From assembly GCA_964550245.1 (NCBI GenBank), contig CAZJYM010000002.1, positions 8,465 through 41,990 on the forward strand: 33,526 nucleotides of DNA, in the 5' to 3' direction. The translations under genes were made by a program, and so were the position numbers. This DNA comes from an uncultured Blautia sp. GTDB taxonomy: Bacteria > Bacillota > Clostridia > Lachnospirales > Lachnospiraceae. Shown here piece by piece: positions 12,386 to 21,007 of this stretch (position 1 is its first letter; every line of letters starts with the position of its first letter). Under the pieces are notes generated by a model. It did no database searches. It worked only from the letters and a program-made list of their open reading frames with translations, and had not been told where the DNA came from.

Positions 12386-13705
12386 TTAACCGACTGCAGG
12401 GATCGCCCGGAATGCATTGGCCCTCCGGTCAAGAACCGCCTCGTTTTCCCGGCAGGAATCCAAAATGGTATTGCCTACTGACTCAGGCTCCACCAGCAAA
12501 GCGGTCACCTCCAGCTCTTCCAGCGAATCTCCGCCCAGCAAAGCTCCCACCTGAGCGGTAAAGCAGGCACTGGAACCGTCTCCGGTATCCTGTGTCTCCG
12601 TAGCCGCCGTGGCCACGATGTGATTATCCGCTACATAATTGCCCCTTCCGGCAGTCAGATGGATAATAACCGGTTTTACACCGGAGGGACGGAGGTACTT
12701 CCTGTCAATGGATTCCGAGATGTGATTGGAGATCAGGGAGTTGTTGGATCCGCTGATACGAATCAGTCCATAGCTGTCATCCAGACCGTTGTCATAGGCA
12801 AACATGGGCGGCCAGGGCTCATGGTCCCGCAGGAAGTGGTTGGAGGAAACCAGGTTCTCGGTGCAGTTTCCCTCAAACTCCAGCATTCCCGGGTAAAACG
12901 AATGAAAACGGTTGCCGGTGATGGAGGAGCGGGCTACCCCTCGAAAGTGCACACTGCTTCTGCCCCGGGGGAAAACATTGTTGGCTGCAACCAGCAGACC
13001 GCCGAAATTCTCGGCAAAGATGGAATACCCGTTGTAACCGGCACCAATGAGATTATCGGTGATTTTTGACGCCTGTCCCCAGTCCCTCAGTTCGATGCAG
13101 CTTCCGCACTCGGCGATGAAATTGTCATGGATGGACATGGCATCGGCACTGCAGGCAATGATTCCGTGCTCCAGGTAAATAAGGCCCATGCCGATGATCC
13201 GGAAAGAGTCATGGGGACAGGCGATGAAAATCCCGGTCTTCCCGTTTCGGTAGGTGTTTTCCGGATCCTCCCCGCCCGTAAAGTGAAGGCCGTCAATACA
13301 AAAGCCCTCAAACTCCACCGAGCTGATCCGGGGTTCTCCCTCCCGATTTACATAGAAGGCAGCTCCTGCTGCCAGATCCACAAGAATCCGGCTGCCGCCG
13401 GGCCACAGTTCATGCCAGTTGGCAAGGGCATCGGCGGGTGTGTTAAACCGGACGCTGGAGGAAGTAAATCCATGCCCGGATCCCATGATCTTCAGATAAC
13501 TGATGTCAATGACCACCTGCGTCCGAAGGTGATAATCACCCGGCGGAATGTAAATCACGGCCCCCGGCTTTCCGCCTTCATGCACGTTGGAACTGGTCTG
13601 TCCTGCCTTGATATCCGCAACAATGCTGTTGATCACCGCCCCGATGTCCTCATGCGGATCCCCACCGGGCCACCGTGTCACATCATAATAGTTTTTCCCA
13701 CCCAC
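12386..13705 (-). CDS. GH91-family right-handed beta-helix enzyme (difructose anhydride III hydrolase / inulin fructotransferase-like), cytoplasmic
   Basis: YYDVT...DIGAVINSI...GKPGAVIYIPPGDY, GSGHGFTSSS, and DAMSIHDNFIAECG with Asp/Glu 11 residues apart. GTG start at 13705 behind AAGGAGG, no signal peptide. Confidence 0.85.
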   Translation of the reverse strand: MGGKNYYDVTRWPGGDPHEDIGAVINSIVADIKAGQTSSNVHEGGKPGAVIYIPPGDYHLRTQVVIDISYLKIMGSGHGFTSSSVRFNTPADALANWHELWPGGSRILVDLAAGAAFYVNREGEPRISSVEFEGFCIDGLHFTGGEDPENTYRNGKTGIFIACPHDSFRIIGMGLIYLEHGIIACSADAMSIHDNFIAECGSCIELRDWGQASKITDNLIGAGYNGYSIFAENFGGLLVAANNVFPRGRSSVHFRGVARSSITGNRFHSFYPGMLEFEGNCTENLVSSNHFLRDHEPWPPMFAYDNGLDDSYGLIRISGSNNSLISNHISESIDRKYLRPSGVKPVIIHLTAGRGNYVADNHIVATAATETQDTGDGSSACFTAQVGALLGGDSLEELEVTALLVEPESVGNTILDSCRENEAVLDRRANAFRAIPAVG

Positions 13706-13754
13706 AGTCAAAACCTCCTTCTCCTGGGGCTTTCTTTTTATGGCTCCCTGAACA

Positions 13755-13783
13755 ACTATAGCCCGTAAGGAAAGAAAATACAA
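13755..13783 (-). promoter_or_regulatory. Putative promoter for the GH91 gene
   Basis: TTGTAT-17 bp-TATAGT directly after the upstream terminator stem. Confidence 0.55.
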
Positions 13784-13784
13784 G

Positions 13785-13822
13785 AGAAAACGTCATGGCC
13801 GGTGCCGGCCATGACGTTTTCT
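13785..13822 (-). terminator. Intrinsic terminator after the GH106-like gene
   Basis: Perfect 18-bp inverted repeat AGAAAACGTCATGGCCGG-tg-CCGGCCATGACGTTTTCT followed by a T-rich run on the minus strand. Confidence 0.85.
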
Positions 13823-13826
13823 ATTA

Positions 13827-13865
13827 ATTGAACTTCCCTAATCCATTGAACTTCCCTGATCCATT
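13827..13865. repeat. 18-bp tandem duplication
   Basis: ATTGAACTTCCCTAATCC ATTGAACTTCCCTGATCC ATT, one mismatch. Confidence 0.85.
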
Positions 13866-13867
13866 TC

Positions 13868-16564
13868 TCACGGTCTCACAAAAAGCCTTACCGTACCGGT
13901 GATCCCGCTGCCGCAGGCGGGTTCGTGTACCTGCCCGAAGGGATCCGGATTTACAGACATCTCCCTCTCCAGGGTGGTGGCCACCTGGATGGAGAGCTGG
14001 TTTTCTCCTTTTTGCAGGGCAGCTGTCAGATCATACCGGTATGGCCCCACGATCTGGATTTCCAGGCTTTTTCCATTTACAAAGACTTCCACGCCCTCCC
14101 GGGCATCGCTGATCTCCAGTACCAGGGATTCCCCAGGTTGTGCCGTAAAGCTGTTTTCATACTGGACAAACCCGGAAAACAGGGGCTCTTCCTGAGCCAG
14201 ATCATCCGGAAGGGTGACTTCTTTAGGATTTTCAAACCCGGGATAGTCGGTGCTCCTGCAGGTGCTGCGGATCCACTCTCCGGAGAAACTTCTCTCTTCT
14301 CCTTCCGCTTTTGGTTCCTCAAAGAAGAACTCCTCCAGGGAAGAACTCTGTTCCCCATTATCCAGCACCAGGATCTGGCTTTTCCGGGGTTCGATGACCA
14401 GGCTGACAGACAAACCCCGGCTCTGGACTGCCTCCAGGCGGTTTTCCCAGGCATTGTAGCGGTACATCTTCTCACCGGTGCTTTTCAGAGAGACATTTCC
14501 TTCCCAGCACTTCTCCCCCTCATTGACCAGCATATAGATCTCCGTGCCGTCCTGATGCAGATAGTGATAATAGCGGATCCTGTCATCTGCCGGAGTGATG
14601 GTGATCTCCGGGATTTCCTCATCACGGAGACGCTCCACGATCTGATCCAACTCCAGGATACCGGCTTTTCTCACTTCCCTTAACAGTTCAGCCTCATCCG
14701 GCACCGGTTCACAGATCCCTTCCGGATACCCGCCGATAAAGTACACCGGGATTCCCCGGTCACACATCTTCCCCACCGCTTCTGCGAAATCCTTCCTCAC
14801 AAACTGCATGAAGGGAACCAGCAGTACCCGGTAGGTCTGTGTGTTTACCTTCCAGGAACCATCTGAGATCTCAAGTTTCCATTGCTCCGGCTGAGCAAAC
14901 ACATCCTGGGGCACAAAGTCATAGTCGATCTGATGGTCACAGAGCACATGGGCCACCTTATGGGAAAACATACAGTCTCCGCACCACTCTCCCTCTCCGT
15001 GATAGAGAACGGCAGCAGGAGCCACATGAACACCGTCGGAGATCAGTTCACAGACCCGGTTGGTATAGGCCATCAGCTTTCCGAAATGCCTGTACTGGGG
15101 ATTGTGCCCATGGGCGTAAAAGTGCGGCGGACAGTCCGGATCCGGGAATTCCTTCGGAGAGAAGGCATGGGGTACAAAGTGGTTGATTCCTCTCACCAGG
15201 AAGTGGTCTATCAGGTACTTCTCCAGCTGTACCCCTTCCATCCAGCCGTAGGCCCCGAAGATCTCACACATGGATCTCCCCTTTTTAAGAGGAGAAAGAC
15301 AGGCCAGGGAATTACCAAGCTTGCCCAGCATGTAGTGGTAGAATTCCCCAATGCGGCTGCCGAAGAGAACTCCCAGCACATCCACATCCTCCTGGCCGGG
15401 CAGGACCTGTCCTCCGATATCATCAATGCCCGCCATGTCCTGCCCGGCCAGGCCCCGGAAGTAATGGCCCAGGGAGGAACCGGTCCGGGCATGCATGTTG
15501 TTGTCTTCGATCAGATGGCCGATGTATTCCACTCCGTGAGCCCGGCACCAGTCTCCAAGCTGGAAGGAGAAATCCTTTTCCACCAGACTGGTAACGATGT
15601 CCATGTATGTGAAACGCACTTTTGCCGTAAGATGGCTGTCCCGGCCGTTTTCCCACAGCAGCGGCAAAAACTTCACGTAATCCGCTCCCAGCCGTTTTTT
15701 CAGCTCCGCTTCCACTTCCCCGCTCCAGGGGTAATCCATGTCGTAACCCTGTCCCATCATGGAATCCTGGGCATAGAGATGTCCGTTTCCGATCTCCGGC
15801 TCATCGGAGAAGAATCCGGCAATGGTCTTGCCGAAGTCCTCCTGGTAGTGTTCCCAGTGGGGTTCATAGACCGCATCGATGAGTACCCGGCAGGAAGCCT
15901 GATCCATCATGTTGATGTAGGTTCTGTGGGGTCCCCGGTTTCGGGTCAGGTGCAGCACGTAGATCTTCCATTTCCCCTCCTCCGGGGTAAAAGAGATGCT
16001 GCCGTCCTCTCCCTGGTATTCTGACGCCGTAAGATCCACCATTTCTTCTATAGGAAAGGATCCGCTCTCATCCGCCTTTACGGCGAAAACTCCCAGCAGC
16101 CGGTCATCCTCGAAGTGCCTCTGCCCTCCCGGATTCATGAACTTCTCCACTTCCGAGAGCTGCTCCGGCGCCGCATGAACAAGTTTTTCCCGGCTGATCC
16201 TGCAGGTGCTTCCAGCGTCACACTCCCATACCTTAATGGTCACACTCTGCCGGCAGCGCTCATCGGGCTGTTCGGCCATGGCCCCGTTGGCAAACCCGGT
16301 GGGAAAGTGACTGTCATCCAGGATCCACACCTTCATGTCCCGCTTTCTGGCCTCATCCAGAATGATGTCCATGTCGTGCCACCACAAAGGACCACAAAAG
16401 TCCGGATGGGGCCTGCTCTCCACACAGACCGCTCCGATATTGGCTTCCTGGATCACCTTCATGTACTCCCGCAGCACTTCCTCTGTCTCACCATGCTGCC
16501 AGAAGAAAGGAAAAATATAGTTTCCGCCCCTGTTTTCCAGCAGGGCCTCTATCTTTTTACTCAT
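13868..16564 (-). CDS. Large cytoplasmic glycoside hydrolase, GH106-like TIM barrel with C-terminal beta-sandwich (specificity unknown)
   Basis: PFFW, VESRPHPDF, VWILDDSHFPTG, IAGFFSDEP, YIGH, MCEIFGAYGW, GINHFVPHAF, and C-terminal GPYRYDLT...SGITGTVRL. Likely start MSKKIE at 16564. Confidence 0.75.
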   Translation of the reverse strand: MSKKIEALLENRGGNYIFPFFWQHGETEEVLREYMKVIQEANIGAVCVESRPHPDFCGPLWWHDMDIILDEARKRDMKVWILDDSHFPTGFANGAMAEQPDERCRQSVTIKVWECDAGSTCRISREKLVHAAPEQLSEVEKFMNPGGQRHFEDDRLLGVFAVKADESGSFPIEEMVDLTASEYQGEDGSISFTPEEGKWKIYVLHLTRNRGPHRTYINMMDQASCRVLIDAVYEPHWEHYQEDFGKTIAGFFSDEPEIGNGHLYAQDSMMGQGYDMDYPWSGEVEAELKKRLGADYVKFLPLLWENGRDSHLTAKVRFTYMDIVTSLVEKDFSFQLGDWCRAHGVEYIGHLIEDNNMHARTGSSLGHYFRGLAGQDMAGIDDIGGQVLPGQEDVDVLGVLFGSRIGEFYHYMLGKLGNSLACLSPLKKGRSMCEIFGAYGWMEGVQLEKYLIDHFLVRGINHFVPHAFSPKEFPDPDCPPHFYAHGHNPQYRHFGKLMAYTNRVCELISDGVHVAPAAVLYHGEGEWCGDCMFSHKVAHVLCDHQIDYDFVPQDVFAQPEQWKLEISDGSWKVNTQTYRVLLVPFMQFVRKDFAEAVGKMCDRGIPVYFIGGYPEGICEPVPDEAELLREVRKAGILELDQIVERLRDEEIPEITITPADDRIRYYHYLHQDGTEIYMLVNEGEKCWEGNVSLKSTGEKMYRYNAWENRLEAVQSRGLSVSLVIEPRKSQILVLDNGEQSSSLEEFFFEEPKAEGEERSFSGEWIRSTCRSTDYPGFENPKEVTLPDDLAQEEPLFSGFVQYENSFTAQPGESLVLEISDAREGVEVFVNGKSLEIQIVGPYRYDLTAALQKGENQLSIQVATTLEREMSVNPDPFGQVHEPACGSGITGTVRLFVRP

Positions 16565-16607
16565 TGCATACCTCTTTTCCATGGGCAGACTGCCTCGCCT
16601 GCCAGCT

Positions 16608-17504
16608 TTATTCCTTGACAGCTCCCATTGTAATCCCCTTTACAAAGTACTTCTGTAAAAACGGATATACGACCAGAATCGGAAGCACGCCCACCACGGC
16701 GATAGCCATACGAACAGTGGTGGAGGGAAGGGTACCTACATTCACACCCGCCATCTGGGAAGCGTTCTTGGAAAGAAAGCTGATGTTTTCATTGATCTGA
16801 TTCATGATCAGCTGAATAGTATAAAATTTACTCCCGTCTCTCTGAGTAAGGTAATACAGACCGTTGGTCCAGTCATTCCAGTAGGACAGGCCGGTCATCA
16901 AACCGATGGTAGCCAGAATGGGCTTGGACAGGGGCAGCACAACCGAACCAAAGATCTTGATCTCTCCCGCTCCGTCAATTCTCGCCGCTTCCACCAGGGA
17001 TGCAGGAACGCTGAAGGTAAAGTAGTTCTTTACCAGAATTACATTGAAGGCATTCATCATCAGATTGGGGATGATCAATGCCCAGATGGTATCCCGGATA
17101 TGAAAGATCTGAGTCCAGCAGAAGTAGCTGGATACGATACCGCCGTTAAAGAGCATGGTAAACACGCACATAAAGTTTAAGATTTTTCCGAAGGGCAGAT
17201 CCCTGTCCGACAGGGCATAGGCAAACATGGCCGTAACGGACATGCTGAGCGCCGTCCCCATCACGGTGACGATCACAGTCATCACATATCCCCGACCGAT
17301 GGTGGACCAAGAGGTGGCAATGTACTGATAGGCCGCCAGACTCAGCTTTCCCGGAAAGTAGCTGAAGCCGTTTACCGTTGCCCACTGATTATCCGTAAAG
17401 GATCCGATCAGCAGAAGCAGGAAGGGCAAAACCACCAGAACGGAAAAAAAGATCATCACAGAGTGGGAGATAATCTGCCACCTGCGGGTTTCTCCTGTTT
17501 TCAT
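16608..17504 (-). CDS. Carbohydrate ABC transporter permease
   Basis: EAARIDGA loop, YWNDW, YPFLQKYFVKGITMGAVKE. Confidence 0.93.
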   Translation of the reverse strand: MKTGETRRWQIISHSVMIFFSVLVVLPFLLLLIGSFTDNQWATVNGFSYFPGKLSLAAYQYIATSWSTIGRGYVMTVIVTVMGTALSMSVTAMFAYALSDRDLPFGKILNFMCVFTMLFNGGIVSSYFCWTQIFHIRDTIWALIIPNLMMNAFNVILVKNYFTFSVPASLVEAARIDGAGEIKIFGSVVLPLSKPILATIGLMTGLSYWNDWTNGLYYLTQRDGSKFYTIQLIMNQINENISFLSKNASQMAGVNVGTLPSTTVRMAIAVVGVLPILVVYPFLQKYFVKGITMGAVKE

Positions 17505-17518
17505 TCTCTTTCCCCTCC

Positions 17519-18463
17519 TTAGAACAGAGCACTTTCAGCACTGTATTTCCGGACAATGGCATTGGCCACCACAACCAGCACAAAGCCCACAAAGGCCTGA
17601 AACACGCTGGCCGCCGAAGACATGCCGTAATCGCTGTTATGCATCAGAGCGTTGTACACATACACGTCGATGGTCTGGGTTACCGAGTAGAGAGCTCCGG
17701 AATTTCTCGGAATCTGATAAAACAGTCCGAAATCCGAGGCAAAGATCCTTCCCACACTCAGGATGAACATGGTGATCACCGTAGGCTTCAGAAGGGGAAG
17801 GGTAATCTTGATGATCTGCTGCCATTTGGTGGCTCCGTCGATTCGGGCCGCTTCATAGTAGTCCTGACTGATGCCCACAATGCTGGAGAGATAGATGATC
17901 ATGGAATACCCGGTTCCCTTCCAGATGTTGCAGAAGATAAGGATAAAGGGCCAGTAAGACTTTTCCTGGTACCAGTTGATGGTGTTCATTCCCAGAGATT
18001 TCAAGATGGAATTGATCAGTCCCGTATCCGAGGAGAGGAAGGCGTACACCAGATAGCTGACCACTACCCAGCTCACCAGATAGGGAAGGAGAATAATGCT
18101 CTGATAAAGCCTGGAAGCGATCTTGTTTCTCACCTCATTTAGAAGAATGGCAAAGGCAATGGAGATCACCGTTCCCAGTATGATGAAGGCCACATTGTAA
18201 AGGACTGTGTTTCTTATGATTGTGAAAGCCGTGCTGGAGCGAAAAAGAAATTTGAAGTTGTCAAAGCCGCACCAGTCGCTTCCCCAGATTCCCTTGCGCA
18301 CATTCAGCTTTTTGAAGGCGATCATGATCCCGAACATGGGGATGTAGTTATTGCAGATCATGTAGATGACTCCCGGAAGAGCCAGCAGATACATGGGCAG
18401 AAACCGTCTCCAGCGGATCTTCTTTTTCTTTGCGGGGACGGCAGCGGAAGTATTAGAAGACAT
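17519..18463 (-). CDS. Carbohydrate ABC transporter permease (LplB-type)
   Basis: NYIPMFG, WCGFDNF, LPYLVSWVV, YYEAARIDGA, TQTIDVYVY. Confidence 0.93.
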   Translation of the reverse strand: MSSNTSAAVPAKKKKIRWRRFLPMYLLALPGVIYMICNNYIPMFGIMIAFKKLNVRKGIWGSDWCGFDNFKFLFRSSTAFTIIRNTVLYNVAFIILGTVISIAFAILLNEVRNKIASRLYQSIILLPYLVSWVVVSYLVYAFLSSDTGLINSILKSLGMNTINWYQEKSYWPFILIFCNIWKGTGYSMIIYLSSIVGISQDYYEAARIDGATKWQQIIKITLPLLKPTVITMFILSVGRIFASDFGLFYQIPRNSGALYSVTQTIDVYVYNALMHNSDYGMSSAASVFQAFVGFVLVVVANAIVRKYSAESALF

Positions 18464-18495
18464 GAAAAGAACCTCCTCCTATCCATTTTTTCTAT

Positions 18496-18534
18496 AAAAA
18501 GGGGATGCCTGGAAGCGGTTTCCCAGACATCCCC
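18496..18534 (-). terminator. Stem-loop / partial terminator between binding-protein and permease genes
   Basis: GGGGATGTCTGGGA...TTCCAGGCATCCCC-TTTTT on the minus strand; the mismatches are G-U pairs. Confidence 0.75.
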
Positions 18535-18552
18535 AAGCGGATTCACTCTTCT

Positions 18553-20073
18553 TTATTCCTGTTCGGCCAGCCAGGCATCCAGCTGAGCCTGATTCTCTGC
18601 AACCACGTCATCAACCCCGGCATCCTTCAAGGCCTGGATGAATTCAGGAAGAACGCTTTCAGGATCCTGAGCTCCTGCCGTAACAATACCCACATACTGC
18701 TGAACCACTGCGTCCACAGCCGTCACCTGAGTACTGACGGGATCGCTGTTAAATACATACCCCAGGGTTTTGGACATTCTGTCTTCTGTAATGGAAGCGT
18801 TGAAGTCCTCCGCCATTTGATAATAATCCAGTGTCATGGGCTCAAAAGTGCCGATGGAAAGCTTGTCTCCGTAGATGTGAAGGGGCATATTGTAAGGAGT
18901 ATTGGCAGCATCTACACCGTCTGCGTAGTTCAAAACGGCCTGATCTGCCTTCTCCCCTTTCTCGATTACCTTGTAGCTGCTTCCTTCCAGACCGTAGGTG
19001 AGGATGTTGTCAATGGAGTTGTCCCCGTACATCAGGTTCAGGAACTGGAAAGTTTTCTCCGGGTTTTCGCAGGTTGAGGGGATTCCCCACATGGTTGTCT
19101 GATACATCTGGGTTGCCGCATACGGAGCTACCAGGTTGATGACCGTCATGTCGTAACCGCAGTCTCTGGAAAGATTGGACTTCATATCGGTCTCCGTGGA
19201 GCCGAAGCTTCCCAGATAGTAGCCTGACTGCACCTGCACCGTATTGGCATCCGTGTTGGTCGATGCATCCGGGGAATAATAGCCTGCCTGAGCCCACTGG
19301 TACATCCGGTCCGCATACTCTTTAAAGACATCCGTCTCGTACAGATCTTCAACGGTCAGGTTGTCATCCAGGCCGCCTCCGGTCAAAACACCTGTGTTGG
19401 CGGTAGATCCCAGCGTATCCAGGGGATACATGTAATTGAAGAAGTTGGAATTAGAAGCCGTGCCGGCGATGCAGTAATAACCGTCCCCGTATTTTTCCTT
19501 GTAGGCTGCAAACAGCTCATCCAGATCGTCCAGAGTGTAGATCTGATCCTGAGAGTACTCAAATCCCAGCTCCTCCACCATGTCCGTACGGGCGAAAAAG
19601 CCGTAGGACCTTGCAAGCTTCTCCTCGGACGGTATCGCATAGAGGAGTCCGTCATAGTATCCTCCCGCAATGGCGATTCCTTCTGCATTCTGGATGTCAG
19701 ATCCATACTCCGCATACAGATCATCCAGTTCCAGAAGCGCACCCTTGCTCACCAGACTGCCCATTCCTCCGCCCAGAGTTCCCACGCAAACCAGATCCAG
19801 CTTATCTCCGGATGTAATCATCAGGTTCGTCTGTGACTGCAGATCAGAGATACTCACCGGATACAGGGTGACATGAACCCCCACTTCCGGCTCCGCAATG
19901 GCATTGACCGCATCCTCCACATCCTGAAGCCCGGCAGGATCCGCACCCAGGGTAACAACCTGCATGACCACCTCGTAGAGATCCTCACTGTCCGCCTGTA
20001 CACTCACTGCTCCCACGCCTGTCACTGCCATGGCGCCAGCAAGCATCAGGGCCGTTATCTGTTTCCGTTTCAT
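18553..20073 (-). CDS. Carbohydrate ABC transporter substrate-binding protein (DUF3502-like C-terminus)
   Basis: Signal peptide from M at 20073, NLMITSGDKLDL, LLELDDL, YGLEG, and C-terminal LKDAGVDDVVAENQAQLDAWL. Confidence 0.9.
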   Translation of the reverse strand: MKRKQITALMLAGAMAVTGVGAVSVQADSEDLYEVVMQVVTLGADPAGLQDVEDAVNAIAEPEVGVHVTLYPVSISDLQSQTNLMITSGDKLDLVCVGTLGGGMGSLVSKGALLELDDLYAEYGSDIQNAEGIAIAGGYYDGLLYAIPSEEKLARSYGFFARTDMVEELGFEYSQDQIYTLDDLDELFAAYKEKYGDGYYCIAGTASNSNFFNYMYPLDTLGSTANTGVLTGGGLDDNLTVEDLYETDVFKEYADRMYQWAQAGYYSPDASTNTDANTVQVQSGYYLGSFGSTETDMKSNLSRDCGYDMTVINLVAPYAATQMYQTTMWGIPSTCENPEKTFQFLNLMYGDNSIDNILTYGLEGSSYKVIEKGEKADQAVLNYADGVDAANTPYNMPLHIYGDKLSIGTFEPMTLDYYQMAEDFNASITEDRMSKTLGYVFNSDPVSTQVTAVDAVVQQYVGIVTAGAQDPESVLPEFIQALKDAGVDDVVAENQAQLDAWLAEQE

Positions 20074-20116
20074 TTTTTTCTCCCTTCTGTAAAGTTTTTT
20101 GTTTTCTGATGATCTC

Positions 20117-20223
20117 ATTATAATAGAAAGTGGCCATTCTGTATAAAAAAAAGAACACTCTTTTTAATACAAAATGACCACTTTTCAGCAATATTCGAAC
20201 ATCTCGTAACACAAAACGAACAT
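20117..20223 (-). promoter_or_regulatory. Promoter of the ABC operon with candidate activator sites
   Basis: TATAAT at 20117-20122 with a weak -35 (TATACA), an inverted repeat at 20127-20184, and GA(A/C)CA(C/T) repeats at 21-23 bp spacing. Confidence 0.5.
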
Positions 20224-20233
20224 GGGAACCGTA

Positions 20234-21007
20234 CTACTTCTCCAGGTCCTGGCGGAATTCCCGGGGCGTCTTCCCCTTATATTTCTTGAAAATCTTGGTA
20301 AAATAGGAGTAATTGTGAAAACCTGTCTTTTCGGCCACCGCGCTGATGCTGAGCCTGCTGTCTCTCAGAAGCTCCTCCGCCAGCGAGATCCGCATGTCCG
20401 TGATGTAATCCACCATGGTGGTATGATACTTCTTCTTGAAGAGCCGCCGCAGATGGGTAGGGCTGATATAGACCATCCGGGCCAGCTCCTCCTGAGACAG
20501 TTCTTCACTGATGTGCTCCCGGATGTACTGCTCCACCCGCTCCATCACATCCTCCTGCTCCTCTCCGGAGCCGTCGGAGGAAAGCTGATTCAGATACATC
20601 TTCCCATAGGAGCTGTACCTGTCGGCAGTGCTCTTCTGTTCAATCTTCTCACCGGCCTTCTGCAGGTATTCCATCAGCTCTTCCGTATCCGCAGGCTTTA
20701 AGATGTACCCCAGACACTGAAGCCTCACCGCTTCCTGGGCAAATTTGAAGCTGTCATGACAGGTAAGAAAAATACACTCCGTATCCGGATGATGTTCCTT
20801 CACCCAGCGGACCAGGTCCATGCCGCTGCCGAAAGGCATCTCAATATCGCACAGCAGCACCTGAATCTCCTGCTCCATGAAAAGATTCACCGCCTGGGAA
20901 TAGCTGTTGGCCGTCAGAACCTTATCGTAGGGAAGTTCATCCCAGGGCACATCGTCCAGAATACCCTGAACCGCTAATATTTCATCGTCAACGATCAACA
21001 GTGTCAT
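20234..21007 (-). CDS. YesN-type response regulator (receiver + AraC HTH)
   Basis: LIVDDE, LLCDIEMP, GYILKP, and C-terminal AVAEKTGFHNYSYFTKIFKKYKGKTPREFR. Confidence 0.95.
   Translation of the reverse strand: MTLLIVDDEILAVQGILDDVPWDELPYDKVLTANSYSQAVNLFMEQEIQVLLCDIEMPFGSGMDLVRWVKEHHPDTECIFLTCHDSFKFAQEAVRLQCLGYILKPADTEELMEYLQKAGEKIEQKSTADRYSSYGKMYLNQLSSDGSGEEQEDVMERVEQYIREHISEELSQEELARMVYISPTHLRRLFKKKYHTTMVDYITDMRISLAEELLRDSRLSISAVAEKTGFHNYSYFTKIFKKYKGKTPREFRQDLEK

Noticed and set aside
13785-13865. Mini-CRISPR or MITE
   Set aside because: There are only two adjacent repeats without spacers and no cas or transposase gene. The inverted repeat fits a terminator.
14882-16024. 380-aa plus-strand ORF, and the many other antisense or overlapping ORFs (e.g. 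42-773, 27687-28526, 31080-31748)
   Set aside because: These are shadow frames of well-supported genes in GC-rich DNA, with no recognisable motifs.
20196-20223. LexA (SOS) box suggested by CGAAC half-sites
   Set aside because: The half-sites are direct repeats, not the palindromic GAAC-N4-GTTC.
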